The position numbers and the translations under genes were made by a program. A stretch of DNA of 64,000 nt from Nitrospirota bacterium. GTDB lineage: Bacteria > Nitrospirota > UBA9217. The notes under the pieces were generated by a model, which had not been told where the DNA came from, ran no database searches, and was given only the letters and a program-made list of their open reading frames with translations. Positions 41,498 to 49,732 of the stretch are shown here, one piece after another (position 1 is the stretch's first letter; each line of letters begins with the position of its first letter). The stretch lies in NCBI GenBank assembly GCA_035623825.1, contig DASPSR010000022.1, positions 64,001 through 128,000 on the forward strand, given 5' to 3'.

Positions 41498-42133
41498 TCA
41501 GATGTTTCTCGATGGACAGATGTCGTAGAGGACGCATTCCCCGTGGTTCGGCTTCTTCGCCTGGCATATTTCCCTCCCGTGAAAGATAAGGAGATGCGAT
41601 AAATTGCCCCATTCCCTTTTGGGGGTGATAGACATCAAATCGTCCTCGATCTTGACGGGGTCCTGGTGTTTGGTGAGCCCGAGCCGGTTGGCAAGCCTCT
41701 TCACGTGGGTATCAACGGCGACGCCCTCATTGATCCCGAAAGCGTAGGACAGCACGATGTTCGCTGTTTTCCGGGCCACACCGGGCAGGCTGATGAGCCC
41801 CTCCATGGTCTGCGGCATTTCCCCTCCGAATTTCTCGAGAATCATCTTACCGGCCTTGTTGATGCTCTTTGCCTTGTTGTTGAAGAAGTTTACGGACCTG
41901 ATGTCTTCCGCGAGTTTTTCGGGTGTCGTTTCCGCGAAGTCCCGCACGGTCCGGTATTTCTTGAACAACCCTTCGGTCACCTTGTTGACCTGCACGTCCG
42001 TGGTCTGCGCCGAGAGGATTGTCGCGATAAGGAGCTCGAAGGGTGACGAGAATCGGAGCGCCGTCTGCTGCGTACCAGCATATTCCTTTTTGAGGCTCTT
42101 CAGAATGATCGTTATCTTGTCCCGCTTGTCCAT
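41498..42133 (-). CDS. nth: Endonuclease III
   Basis: ILSAQTTD, LPGVARKTAN, VDTHV; C-terminal Cys cluster with one Cys replaced by His. Confidence 0.95.
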   Translation of the reverse strand: MDKRDKITIILKSLKKEYAGTQQTALRFSSPFELLIATILSAQTTDVQVNKVTEGLFKKYRTVRDFAETTPEKLAEDIRSVNFFNNKAKSINKAGKMILEKFGGEMPQTMEGLISLPGVARKTANIVLSYAFGINEGVAVDTHVKRLANRLGLTKHQDPVKIEDDLMSITPKREWGNLSHLLIFHGREICQAKKPNHGECVLYDICPSRNI

Positions 42134-42370
42134 AAACCCTCCCTTGTCCGTCTCCCCTCTTTCCGGCCATGTGCGGGATCGGGTTTCCCCATGTGCCGCA
42201 TCACTTCGGGAAAAAGGGAATAGCGGCACTGTCTCGAGCGTTCCTCGAGGAACGGAGCGAAAGAAATCTCTACAACCGTCCCCATTGCAATTCCTTTCCC
42301 TCTGGATTGGTTCTGTGAGGGGTCTGGCAGAATGTCTGTCCCATGCCATCTCCGGGTGCAGAATAACGCC

Positions 42371-43051
42371 TCAAGAGAGGAATCGATCCCTGTTCTCCAT
42401 AAGATATGCCATGGTCCTCGATTTGTCAAATGTCGTATCCCTGTTCCGTTCGAAGAGCGATTTGAGGTCGTCCTTGGTGTCCACATCCTGCCACTCGGGC
42501 ACGAGATGAACTCGAAGCGACGCCTCGTGAAGAATGCCCATAGTCTCCCGAAAAACCGTACTCGTGCCCCAGACAATGCCGTGAAATACGTTCGGCAGGA
42601 ACGAGCCCCTGTTACAGCCGATGAGGTAATATCCGCCATCAGCAGCCGGGCCCATGACCACATCGTTCGTCCCGAGAGATTCAATGGCCTCATTGAGGAC
42701 AGCCGGAGTGACATCCGGAATGTCACTTCCGAGGAGCACGGCTCTCGTAAAGCCTTCTGTAAAGACTTTTCTGAAGGCCCTCTCCATGTTTTCTCCCAGA
42801 TCATCCCCCGCCTGCGGAATATAGTGAAAGTGAGGGCCGAGCCAGCTGGCCAATGCCTCACCGGCGTCAGGCGGATGGAAAAAGATCCTGAACGGGTGGC
42901 CGCTCTTCACTATCGCGTCGATGGTGTCGAGGACGAAGTTCCTGTACAGTTCGAGAGCGGCATCTTCGCCTATGGCCGAGCCGAGGCGCGATTTTATCTT
43001 TCCTTTGACCGGTGCCCTGACGAATAGAAGGATGATCGATTGATTCCGCAT
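42371..43051 (-). CDS. TIGR04282-family (DUF2064) glycosyltransferase-like protein, arsenosugar-associated
   Basis: P..GKIKSRL, Q.GDDLGE.M, LLGSDIP, GPAADGGYYLIG, DVDT.DDL. Confidence 0.85.
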   Translation of the reverse strand: MRNQSIILLFVRAPVKGKIKSRLGSAIGEDAALELYRNFVLDTIDAIVKSGHPFRIFFHPPDAGEALASWLGPHFHYIPQAGDDLGENMERAFRKVFTEGFTRAVLLGSDIPDVTPAVLNEAIESLGTNDVVMGPAADGGYYLIGCNRGSFLPNVFHGIVWGTSTVFRETMGILHEASLRVHLVPEWQDVDTKDDLKSLFERNRDTTFDKSRTMAYLMENRDRFLS

Positions 43052-43365
43052 TTGTAGAAGTTCGGAGGAATACTCACCAAAAGAGCGAATTTTGGAGCAC
43101 AAAAGGTTCTCCTGTGCCCCTTTTCGCATTATAGTAAGTATTACACAAATAAAGGGCCAATTCAAGGGGAACTGCCGGGTACGCAAACGTCAATCAATGA
43201 AAGTATTGATCACTGAGCTCGCAGAACCCGCTCCCCATCACATTGAGAACGGCGCGCGGCTTGACCGGATTCGATGGGGAAGCGGATTGTCAGACATGGT
43301 TGTGAGAATTGGGATCCACGCAAGCCGGAAAGAGTTATAATGTAGATAATCAAGGGGAGATGGAT

Positions 43366-43596
43366 ATGCCGAAGGAAGATACCGTAACGGTGCGGGGGAA
43401 GATCACCGAAGCACTCCCCGGCAGCAGGTTCAGGGTTGAATTGGAGACCGGCCAAACGGTCGTGGCGTATTTGTCAGGGAAAATGCGGATACACTACGTG
43501 AAGATCGTGCCGGGAGACCGCGTGATGGTCGAGCTCTCCGCCTACGATCTGACAAAGGGCAGGATCACATATCGGCTGAAACATGAAGCTGCGTGA
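43366..43596 (+). CDS. infA: Translation initiation factor IF-1
   Basis: [40 protein letters not shown]. Confidence 0.96.
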   Translation: MPKEDTVTVRGKITEALPGSRFRVELETGQTVVAYLSGKMRIHYVKIVPGDRVMVELSAYDLTKGRITYRLKHEAA

Positions 43597-43621
43597 ACTC
43601 CAAAGAGCACGGGAGGATTTC

Positions 43622-43652
43622 TCAGCGGGCACCCTGCCTGCTAGGTCGCTGA
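43622..43652 (-). promoter_or_regulatory. Putative bacterial SECIS element
   Basis: Stem-loop AGC-A-GGCA-GGG-UGCC-C-GCU with a G-rich apical loop about 24 nt 3' of the UGA. Confidence 0.55.
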
Positions 43653-44603
43653 TCCTGTTCAGGTGGATCCACTGCCGGCGGTGCAACCGAAACAATGATC
43701 GTCCACCGCTATGAGCCGCGCAGAGAGGCGAGCGAAGTCGAAGTCCCTGATATGCGCGGGAACGGAGGAATCCACCGTGAGACCGAGGGCCTGGTTGAAA
43801 TCACAGTCAAAGAGGGTTCCGTCCCATCGTACGCTGATCAGGTGACGGCACATAATGTCATCGAGGGTTCGGTGGTTGAAGGCGCAGACAAGAGCATGCA
43901 TATATTTTTCGAGGTTGCCGGTCCGTGCGAGAAACTCCCTGAACCTGCCAATCGGCATGTTCGTGATAGCAAAGAGACGATCGAATGAGATGTCGAAGCG
44001 GTCCTTCAATTCGCGCTTGTATTCATATTCGAGGGTGTTCTGTGCCGGCGGGAGGAGCGCTCCTGGAGGATTGTATACGAGGTTCAGGTTCCTCTCTCCG
44101 GTCCCCTTGCCGTATCCGAGGCTGTTCAGTTTCTGCAGGGCTGCGATACTTTTTCTGAATGTTCCAATGCCGCGCACCCTGTCCACATTATTTTCAAGAT
44201 AGTAGGGGAGAGAGGCGATGAGATCCACGTCGTTTTCATGGTAGAATCGGGGGAGATCGTCCATGCCTTCCTCCTGGAAAATGGAAAGGTTAGTCCGGGC
44301 GATCACCTTGCGGCCTAGTTTTCGCGCTTCCTTTACCAGATAGCGGAAGTTAGGATTCAGCTCCGGCGCGCCTCCTGTTATGTCAAGGATGTTGATGGGG
44401 CTTATTGAAAGCGCCCGGAGAACCTCGTCAACCGTGCCTCGGTCCATCATTTCTGTCCGTGAGGATCCGGCCGCAAGGTGGCAATGTTTGCAGGCCAGGT
44501 TGCATCGGTAGCCGATGTTCACCTGGAGCGTCGCTATCTCCAGTGCTTTCAACGGTCCCGGCCTCGCGGAGAGGACTTTTTTAGAAAACTCGGTTTCTTT
44601 CAT
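43641..44603 (-). CDS. arsS: Arsenosugar biosynthesis radical SAM protein ArsS, probable selenoprotein (UGA at 43659-43661)
   Basis: LQVNIGYRCNLACKHCH, DITGGAPE, DCDFNQ; HCFGCTAGSGST-UGA-TGSAT-TAG. Confidence 0.85.
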
Positions 44604-44630
44604 GGCACCCTGCATGTCCGCTCGTACCGT

Positions 44631-44963
44631 CTACAGCGACAGCGCGTCGGCTGCGTTATGCGCCTGAATAGCGTGGACCAGCGAAGCTCCTCCACGTATG
44701 GCGGCGGCCACATGTACTGCCTCGGTGATATGCTCGAGGCTCATGCCCTCCTCAAGGCATGCCTTGGTATAGGCGTCGATGCAGTAGGGGCATTGAACCG
44801 CGTGCGCCACGGCAGCACCGATAAGAGCTTTTTCCCGTTTCGTCAATACGCCGGGAGCGAGCGCGGCGTTGTACCATTCAAGGAATTTGTTGAAAAGTAC
44901 GGGATTGTGCTTGCCCACTTCACCGAATCGATCGAGATCTTCCGGCTTGTAATAGTCGCCCAT
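44631..44963 (-). CDS. Arsenosugar-biosynthesis-associated peroxidase-like (AhpD/CMD) protein
   Basis: YY.PEDL..F, LTKREKALI..AVAHAVQCPYCIDAY, AIRGGASLVH. Confidence 0.85.
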   Translation of the reverse strand: MGDYYKPEDLDRFGEVGKHNPVLFNKFLEWYNAALAPGVLTKREKALIGAAVAHAVQCPYCIDAYTKACLEEGMSLEHITEAVHVAAAIRGGASLVHAIQAHNAADALSL

Positions 44964-45035
44964 TCAGGAACCCTCCTTATCATTTTTATTCAATATGTCC
45001 ACGGTCTTCGTGGGATCCCGCCACAGCGAGATCGC

Positions 45036-45776
45036 CTATGCGTAGAGCATGATCTTTCCTATGTGGCCTTTGAGATCATCAGCGGCTTTCACGAAGGCAT
45101 CGACAACTGCGGGATCGAAGTTTTTCCCCGAAGCGGCAAGAATTTCCTGATGCGCCCCTTCAAATGGCAGGGCTTCTCGATATGGTCTTGTTACCGTGAG
45201 CGCATCAAGGGCATCCGCCACGGCAAAGACTCTCGCCCCCATCGGTATCTCTCCCCCTTTGAGCCCGAGAGGATAGCCCGTGCCGTCGAAGTGCTCGTGA
45301 TGATTCCTGATAATCTCCGCTGCCTTTGCGAAATATCCGATATGGCTTATGATCCGATGGCCAATTTCAGGATGGCCATGCATGATAGCCCGTTCCTCGG
45401 GGGTGAGCGGGCCTGTCTTGTGGAGGACCGAATCTGGAACCCCTATCTTTCCGATGTCGTGAAGGAGTGCACCGCAATAGAGGTCCACGAGGTCTCTGCC
45501 GGTCACACCGCAGGCATGGCCCATGATCATGGCAAACTGCGTCACGCGCAATGAATGGTCGCCGACTTCGTGCTCGCGGGCGTCTATGGCGCTCACGAAA
45601 GCCTCAAGCGTCACGAGATAGCTCGTCTCGATCTTGTCGACGACGTCTTCGAGATGAGTATCGGCAAAATAACAATGCTCGCAGCGATACGTGCCGTCTG
45701 CCCTTTTGATGTAGCGGTTGCCTTCGATCTTTGCTCCGCAGTGTGGACATACGCGGATGTCTTCCTGGGCCTGCAT
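45036..45776 (-). CDS. HD-GYP phosphodiesterase with an N-terminal CxxC...CxxC zinc finger
   Basis: CPHC...CEHC; HSLRV, LHDIGK, HHEHFDGTGYP, RPYR. Confidence 0.9.
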   Translation of the reverse strand: MQAQEDIRVCPHCGAKIEGNRYIKRADGTYRCEHCYFADTHLEDVVDKIETSYLVTLEAFVSAIDAREHEVGDHSLRVTQFAMIMGHACGVTGRDLVDLYCGALLHDIGKIGVPDSVLHKTGPLTPEERAIMHGHPEIGHRIISHIGYFAKAAEIIRNHHEHFDGTGYPLGLKGGEIPMGARVFAVADALDALTVTRPYREALPFEGAHQEILAASGKNFDPAVVDAFVKAADDLKGHIGKIMLYA

Positions 45777-46492
45777 CACGTGGCCGTGCCTCCTCCTTCT
45801 TGGTACCATTTCTGCAGTCGTTCGGGAGGGACCCCAAGCGCATACAGCGTTTGCACGGTCCAGTTCCTGAAAGTGCAAAAAAGGATCCCCTCCTTTTCCC
45901 ATCTCCGCGGGGACGTGCGGACCTTTGCCGGGATTATGCAGATGCGGTCCCCGCGCTTCTTTATGCGTCCCATGATTTCGGCGTCTTCCATGAGGGGGAT
46001 GTCCTGGTACCCGCCAATTTTTTCAAAGTACGATCTCCGGATGAATATCGCCTGGTCCCCGAAAGGGACCCTTGTCAATCGGGTCCGGAGAAAGACGTAC
46101 TTCTCTGTAATTCTGAATATGTGTCTGTCACTCTTTATCCCCAGGTCGAACGCTCCTGCAACAAAACGGCCGTCACTCATGGCCGTTGCTACCGTGGCAA
46201 GGGCGTGGTCTGGCAGAAGGGTGTCGGCATGGAGAAAGAGGAGGATGTCGCCGGACGCGACTGACGCGCCGCTGTTCATCTGACGCGCTCGCCCCTTGAC
46301 TGAAATTATTTTGACGACCCCTTCATCTCGTACCGCGGAGATCGTGCCGCCAGATGGATCGCCGTCGACAACGATGATCTGGGAAGCGATAGCACGATTT
46401 CTGGCGCGAATATGGTCGATCACTTCGTTGATTCTTGCGGCCTCGTTCAAAACGGGCAGGATTATTGAAAACCCCGGTTGCTGGCTTGTCAC
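45776..46492 (-). CDS. TIGR04283-family GT2 glycosyltransferase, arsenosugar-associated
   Basis: SIILPVLNE, GRARQMN.GA, LFLHADT, FGDQAIF, LMED, TSPRRW. Confidence 0.88.
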   Translation of the reverse strand: MTSQQPGFSIILPVLNEAARINEVIDHIRARNRAIASQIIVVDGDPSGGTISAVRDEGVVKIISVKGRARQMNSGASVASGDILLFLHADTLLPDHALATVATAMSDGRFVAGAFDLGIKSDRHIFRITEKYVFLRTRLTRVPFGDQAIFIRRSYFEKIGGYQDIPLMEDAEIMGRIKKRGDRICIIPAKVRTSPRRWEKEGILFCTFRNWTVQTLYALGVPPERLQKWYQEGGGTAT

Positions 46493-46592
46493 GGCGTCCT
46501 TTGCTCCCTATGGTATGGGCATGGAAGGGTACGAGCGGCAATTGGAGTACGCGGCAACTGTCGTGCACATCTTCTATTTTAGCGCCGTTTCG

Positions 46593-47051
46593 TCACATTC
46601 CCGATGCCGCCCACGATTTCCTGATATCCTCCAACCGCTTCCGGTTCACGCCGAGATCAGAATGCCCCATGCGTGACGCGGATCGCATATGAATGAGCTT
46701 TGCGTTCTCGTCGCACGAGAACTCTACATCATCGACAAACCGCCACAGCGCGCTCGTGAACTCCGCGTGCAGGTAGATGCTCGTTTCGGTGACGATCTTA
46801 GTTCTCTTCTTCTGCAGGATGATGTTTTTGAGAGCGGCCATGGCGTCAGATGTCGGCGAGGAATAGGAGAGGGGTTCGACGTGATGTTCCTTATCCAGGC
46901 TTTGACTCGAAACACAGTTCGGGGTAGAAGGGCAGGGGGCCAGTCTCCCGTCCCTCAATCCAAGGTTGGCTGGCTGCGCCCCGCTACAACCACTTATGAA
47001 CGGAATCAGAACAAGGACCAAACGTGAGCTTATGACCACTCCAGTCTTCAC
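46593..47051 (-). CDS. DUF1499 family lipoprotein
   Basis: L.PCPSTPNCVSSQ, FVDDVEF, RSASRMGHSDLGVNRKR. Confidence 0.88.
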   Translation of the reverse strand: MKTGVVISSRLVLVLIPFISGCSGAQPANLGLRDGRLAPCPSTPNCVSSQSLDKEHHVEPLSYSSPTSDAMAALKNIILQKKRTKIVTETSIYLHAEFTSALWRFVDDVEFSCDENAKLIHMRSASRMGHSDLGVNRKRLEDIRKSWAASGM

Positions 47052-47153
47052 AATCAGCCATCCCCTCCCGAGTCGCGGTGTTATATGAATTATTATACTC
47101 CACTTTTCCCCTCATGTCATTGTTGCCTCGCACTTCCGCCGCAGCGGGAGGGG

Positions 47154-47591
47154 CTATCTCCACATCCCCAGGATCGCACCCATGACCAGCATGCCGGCGA
47201 GCGAGTGCCCGGCCTGGATCAGGAACAGTGACCAGACCAGGTCCTTGTCTTTGCCGCTGAACAGGGCCGCGCCCAGTACAACGGGGAATATGAAGCCGAG
47301 CCACGCCCAGAACCCGACCTGCATTCCCTCGACCGCCGTATAGACGTGCAGCCCGCTGATAAAGAGGGCAAAAACGAACGCTCCCACCAATACGCCAGCG
47401 AACATGATCCCAAAGTATGGTCTGGTATCCTTCTTCATCTGCTCCCGTTCCGCTTGGCTCATATTTTCCCTGCCGATTATTTTCATCCACATCCTCCCGA
47501 AGAGAGAACGAGAATACCAGACGATCCCAACGGTCATGGCTGCGATTGCCGCCACAACGACAGCAAGGTAATTCACATGCATATGCATCAT
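47154..47591 (-). CDS. DUF1761 family membrane protein
   Basis: NYLAVVVAA..G.VWYS..LFG..W; 4 TM segments. Confidence 0.78.
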   Translation of the reverse strand: MMHMHVNYLAVVVAAIAAMTVGIVWYSRSLFGRMWMKIIGRENMSQAEREQMKKDTRPYFGIMFAGVLVGAFVFALFISGLHVYTAVEGMQVGFWAWLGFIFPVVLGAALFSGKDKDLVWSLFLIQAGHSLAGMLVMGAILGMWR

Positions 47592-47604
47592 ACAGTCCGC
47601 CTGG

Positions 47605-48030
47605 TTATGCCGCTCTTGACAGTTTCACGCTGCTTTCTTTCTTCCGGAGATACTCGTGCCAAGGTTTCCAGTAATACGTGTCCCAGCCCTTGTTGACGTC
47701 ATCGTAATCATATTCCGGCACATTGACATGGACCAGCTCGATTCTGCCGCCGTTGTTATCCGCCCAGAAGCTGATAATCAATGTAGAGTCGATGTCCCCG
47801 GCCTTCCAGTCCTTCCCACGCCACGATTGTATGATGAGGCGCTTGGGCACGACCTGCAGCGTTCTACCGGTGATCATGCCGCCAAAGGCACGAAATCGCG
47901 ACCCCGGTGTCCGGCTGATGGTCACCGGTCCCCCGGTGATTGCCCCATGGGCTCTGGGGCTCAGATACATATCAAATAGTTTTTCCGCAGGCGCTGGAAG
48001 CGTCACGGTCTGCTGTATTGTTTTTAGCAT
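47605..48030 (-). CDS. SRPBCC/AHSA1-like (Aha1 C-terminal) protein
   Basis: GSRF.AFGG.ITG, K.IIQSWR, H.NVP, GW..YYWKP. Confidence 0.85.
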   Translation of the reverse strand: MLKTIQQTVTLPAPAEKLFDMYLSPRAHGAITGGPVTISRTPGSRFRAFGGMITGRTLQVVPKRLIIQSWRGKDWKAGDIDSTLIISFWADNNGGRIELVHVNVPEYDYDDVNKGWDTYYWKPWHEYLRKKESSVKLSRAA

Positions 48031-48073
48031 GGAAATTCACTCCCTTAACCAGACAATTTGACTCCTCTCTTTG

Positions 48074-48102
48074 AGAGTAGCGCCGAATCTTCGATCTGTC
48101 AA
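48074..48102 (-). promoter_or_regulatory. sigma70 promoter for the SRPBCC-DUF1761-DUF1499 genes
   Basis: TTGACA-17 bp-TACTCT on the minus strand. Confidence 0.55.
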
Positions 48103-48142
48103 GGCAGCAGGGTGTGTCCGGAAACCGTTGCGGATGAACCAG

Positions 48143-48460
48143 CAGTCTTGCATCGGAAATAACCGCCGTCCCTGCTGATACATCTGCCTCTCCGAACACG
48201 AAATTGAGTTCGGCAACAAAGAGGTCAACATCGGCCACGCCGAGCGCACAGTCGAAATCCTTGTGACGCACGGTCCGTATCACATTGAGAACCCTTGAGG
48301 AGTGATACTGCGTCCGCTGTGAATCATAAGAGATCGTCGGGAGGGGCATCGTCATGGCCCTTTCTACCATGCAGCGGAAGGTCTCCACTAGGGCTATTGA
48401 GATGGTATTGACGATATCAGGATCTACGCTTCCTACGGGTATGATGACGATACGTTCCAT
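48143..48460 (-). pseudogene. Truncated archaemetzincin-family Zn protease
   Basis: R.QY.S, DVDLF...LNFVFGEA...AVIS.ARL are present; the HExxHxxGxxH/Cys4 half is missing. Confidence 0.65.
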
Positions 48461-48593
48461 TGCATGTCTGCGGCATGATCAGTGCTCGTTCACATTCCCA
48501 ACCGATCGGGATATAGCTATAATTATACCATGCGGTGTTCGCACTCACTGAAAGGGCCATCATGGCCCCGTAATCTTGTAGGCACGTAGAACG

Positions 48594-49169
48594 GTGTGCG
48601 GACAGAAGAACATTCTCATAACCGGCCTTCCCGGCATCGGCAAGACCACGGCCATCAAGAAGCTGGCTGAGGGGCTGAAGGAACTCGGTCCTGAGGGTTT
48701 TTACACGGCCGAGATAAGGGAAGGCGCTGAGCGTCAAGGTTTTGAACTGATCGGCCTCGACGGGAGCAGGGGCCTGCTTTCCCATGTCGGCATAAAAAGC
48801 AACTACCGTGTCGGCAGATACGGAGTTGCTCTCGGGGACTTCGAGAAATTCCTTGACGCGCTCATGCTTGCCCGCCCGAAAACTCGGGTCATCATCATAG
48901 ACGAGATAGGGAAGATGGAGTGTTTGTCACAAAGGTTCAAGGCAGTTGTGCGTAGCGTACTGGATTCAGAAACACCGGTCATAGCTACGGTCGCGCTCAA
49001 GGGTGCGGGGTTCATTGCTGAGGTTAAGAATAGAGGGGACATAAAGCTTCTTGAGATGACGGCTGGGAACAGGGCCGCTCTCCCCGTGGAAATAGCGGGG
49101 TACGTCCGGGAGATCCTGAAAGCATCAGGGCAAGAGGACCGGAATCAATCCAACCGTATGAACGGATAG
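48594..49169 (+). CDS. NTPase_1/THEP1-family nucleoside triphosphatase
   Basis: ITGLPGIGKTT, GFYT.EIRE..R.GF, IIDEIGKME. Confidence 0.9.
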   Translation: MCGQKNILITGLPGIGKTTAIKKLAEGLKELGPEGFYTAEIREGAERQGFELIGLDGSRGLLSHVGIKSNYRVGRYGVALGDFEKFLDALMLARPKTRVIIIDEIGKMECLSQRFKAVVRSVLDSETPVIATVALKGAGFIAEVKNRGDIKLLEMTAGNRAALPVEIAGYVREILKASGQEDRNQSNRMNG

Positions 49170-49684
49170 CGCTTCAAGTCTTCCCGCATCACGAGCGTGA
49201 GTCCGGCCCACGTGCCGATTGTTTCGATTGCGATGATCGCGTCGGGGTCCTGGAACGAGATGCGGCCGGGTGCCCCCGCTTTTTTGAGCGCTTCAAGAAG
49301 CACAACATCCAAAAGCCTCTCTTCGCCGGGACTCGAAATCTTGCCCTTGAAGCCGCGCCTTCGTATCCTCACGTAGAAGCTCTTGCCCGCCAGGTGCTGC
49401 GTCCACGTGATTAATATTTCCCCGGCCTTGAGTTCGAATTCATCGGCAGAATCGAAAGTAAAGGTGTGCGTGATGGGTATCAGCCTGGCGAGAAAGGAGA
49501 GCGTCGAGGGATTTTTTAATGTCCGCTCCCTCAAGGTCTCGAGCATCTGGTTCACATCACGAGCCCTCAGCAGCAGAACATTAAAAAAATCGGTTCGTTT
49601 GACTTCTCCGAAATCTCCGAACACATTGATTGCCTGCCTGAAGCCGTGTTCGTGAACACTGATGACTGCATTCCATTCTTGCAT
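49145..49684 (-). CDS. Stand-alone THUMP-domain protein
   Basis: SFYVRIRRRGFKG, DPDAIIAIE; no catalytic domain. Confidence 0.7.
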   Translation of the reverse strand: MQEWNAVISVHEHGFRQAINVFGDFGEVKRTDFFNVLLLRARDVNQMLETLRERTLKNPSTLSFLARLIPITHTFTFDSADEFELKAGEILITWTQHLAGKSFYVRIRRRGFKGKISSPGEERLLDVVLLEALKKAGAPGRISFQDPDAIIAIETIGTWAGLTLVMREDLKRYPFIRLD

Positions 49685-49732
49685 GAGGGATTGCCTCTCG
49701 ATCAGGTTCCGGCAGGTTTGCCTGCTCCGGCA

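Noticed and set aside
45036-45776. HD-GYP as the cGAMP-specific phosphodiesterase partner of the Hypr-like cyclase
   Set aside because: It retains the canonical RPYR motif associated with c-di-GMP recognition and is unlinked to the cyclase.
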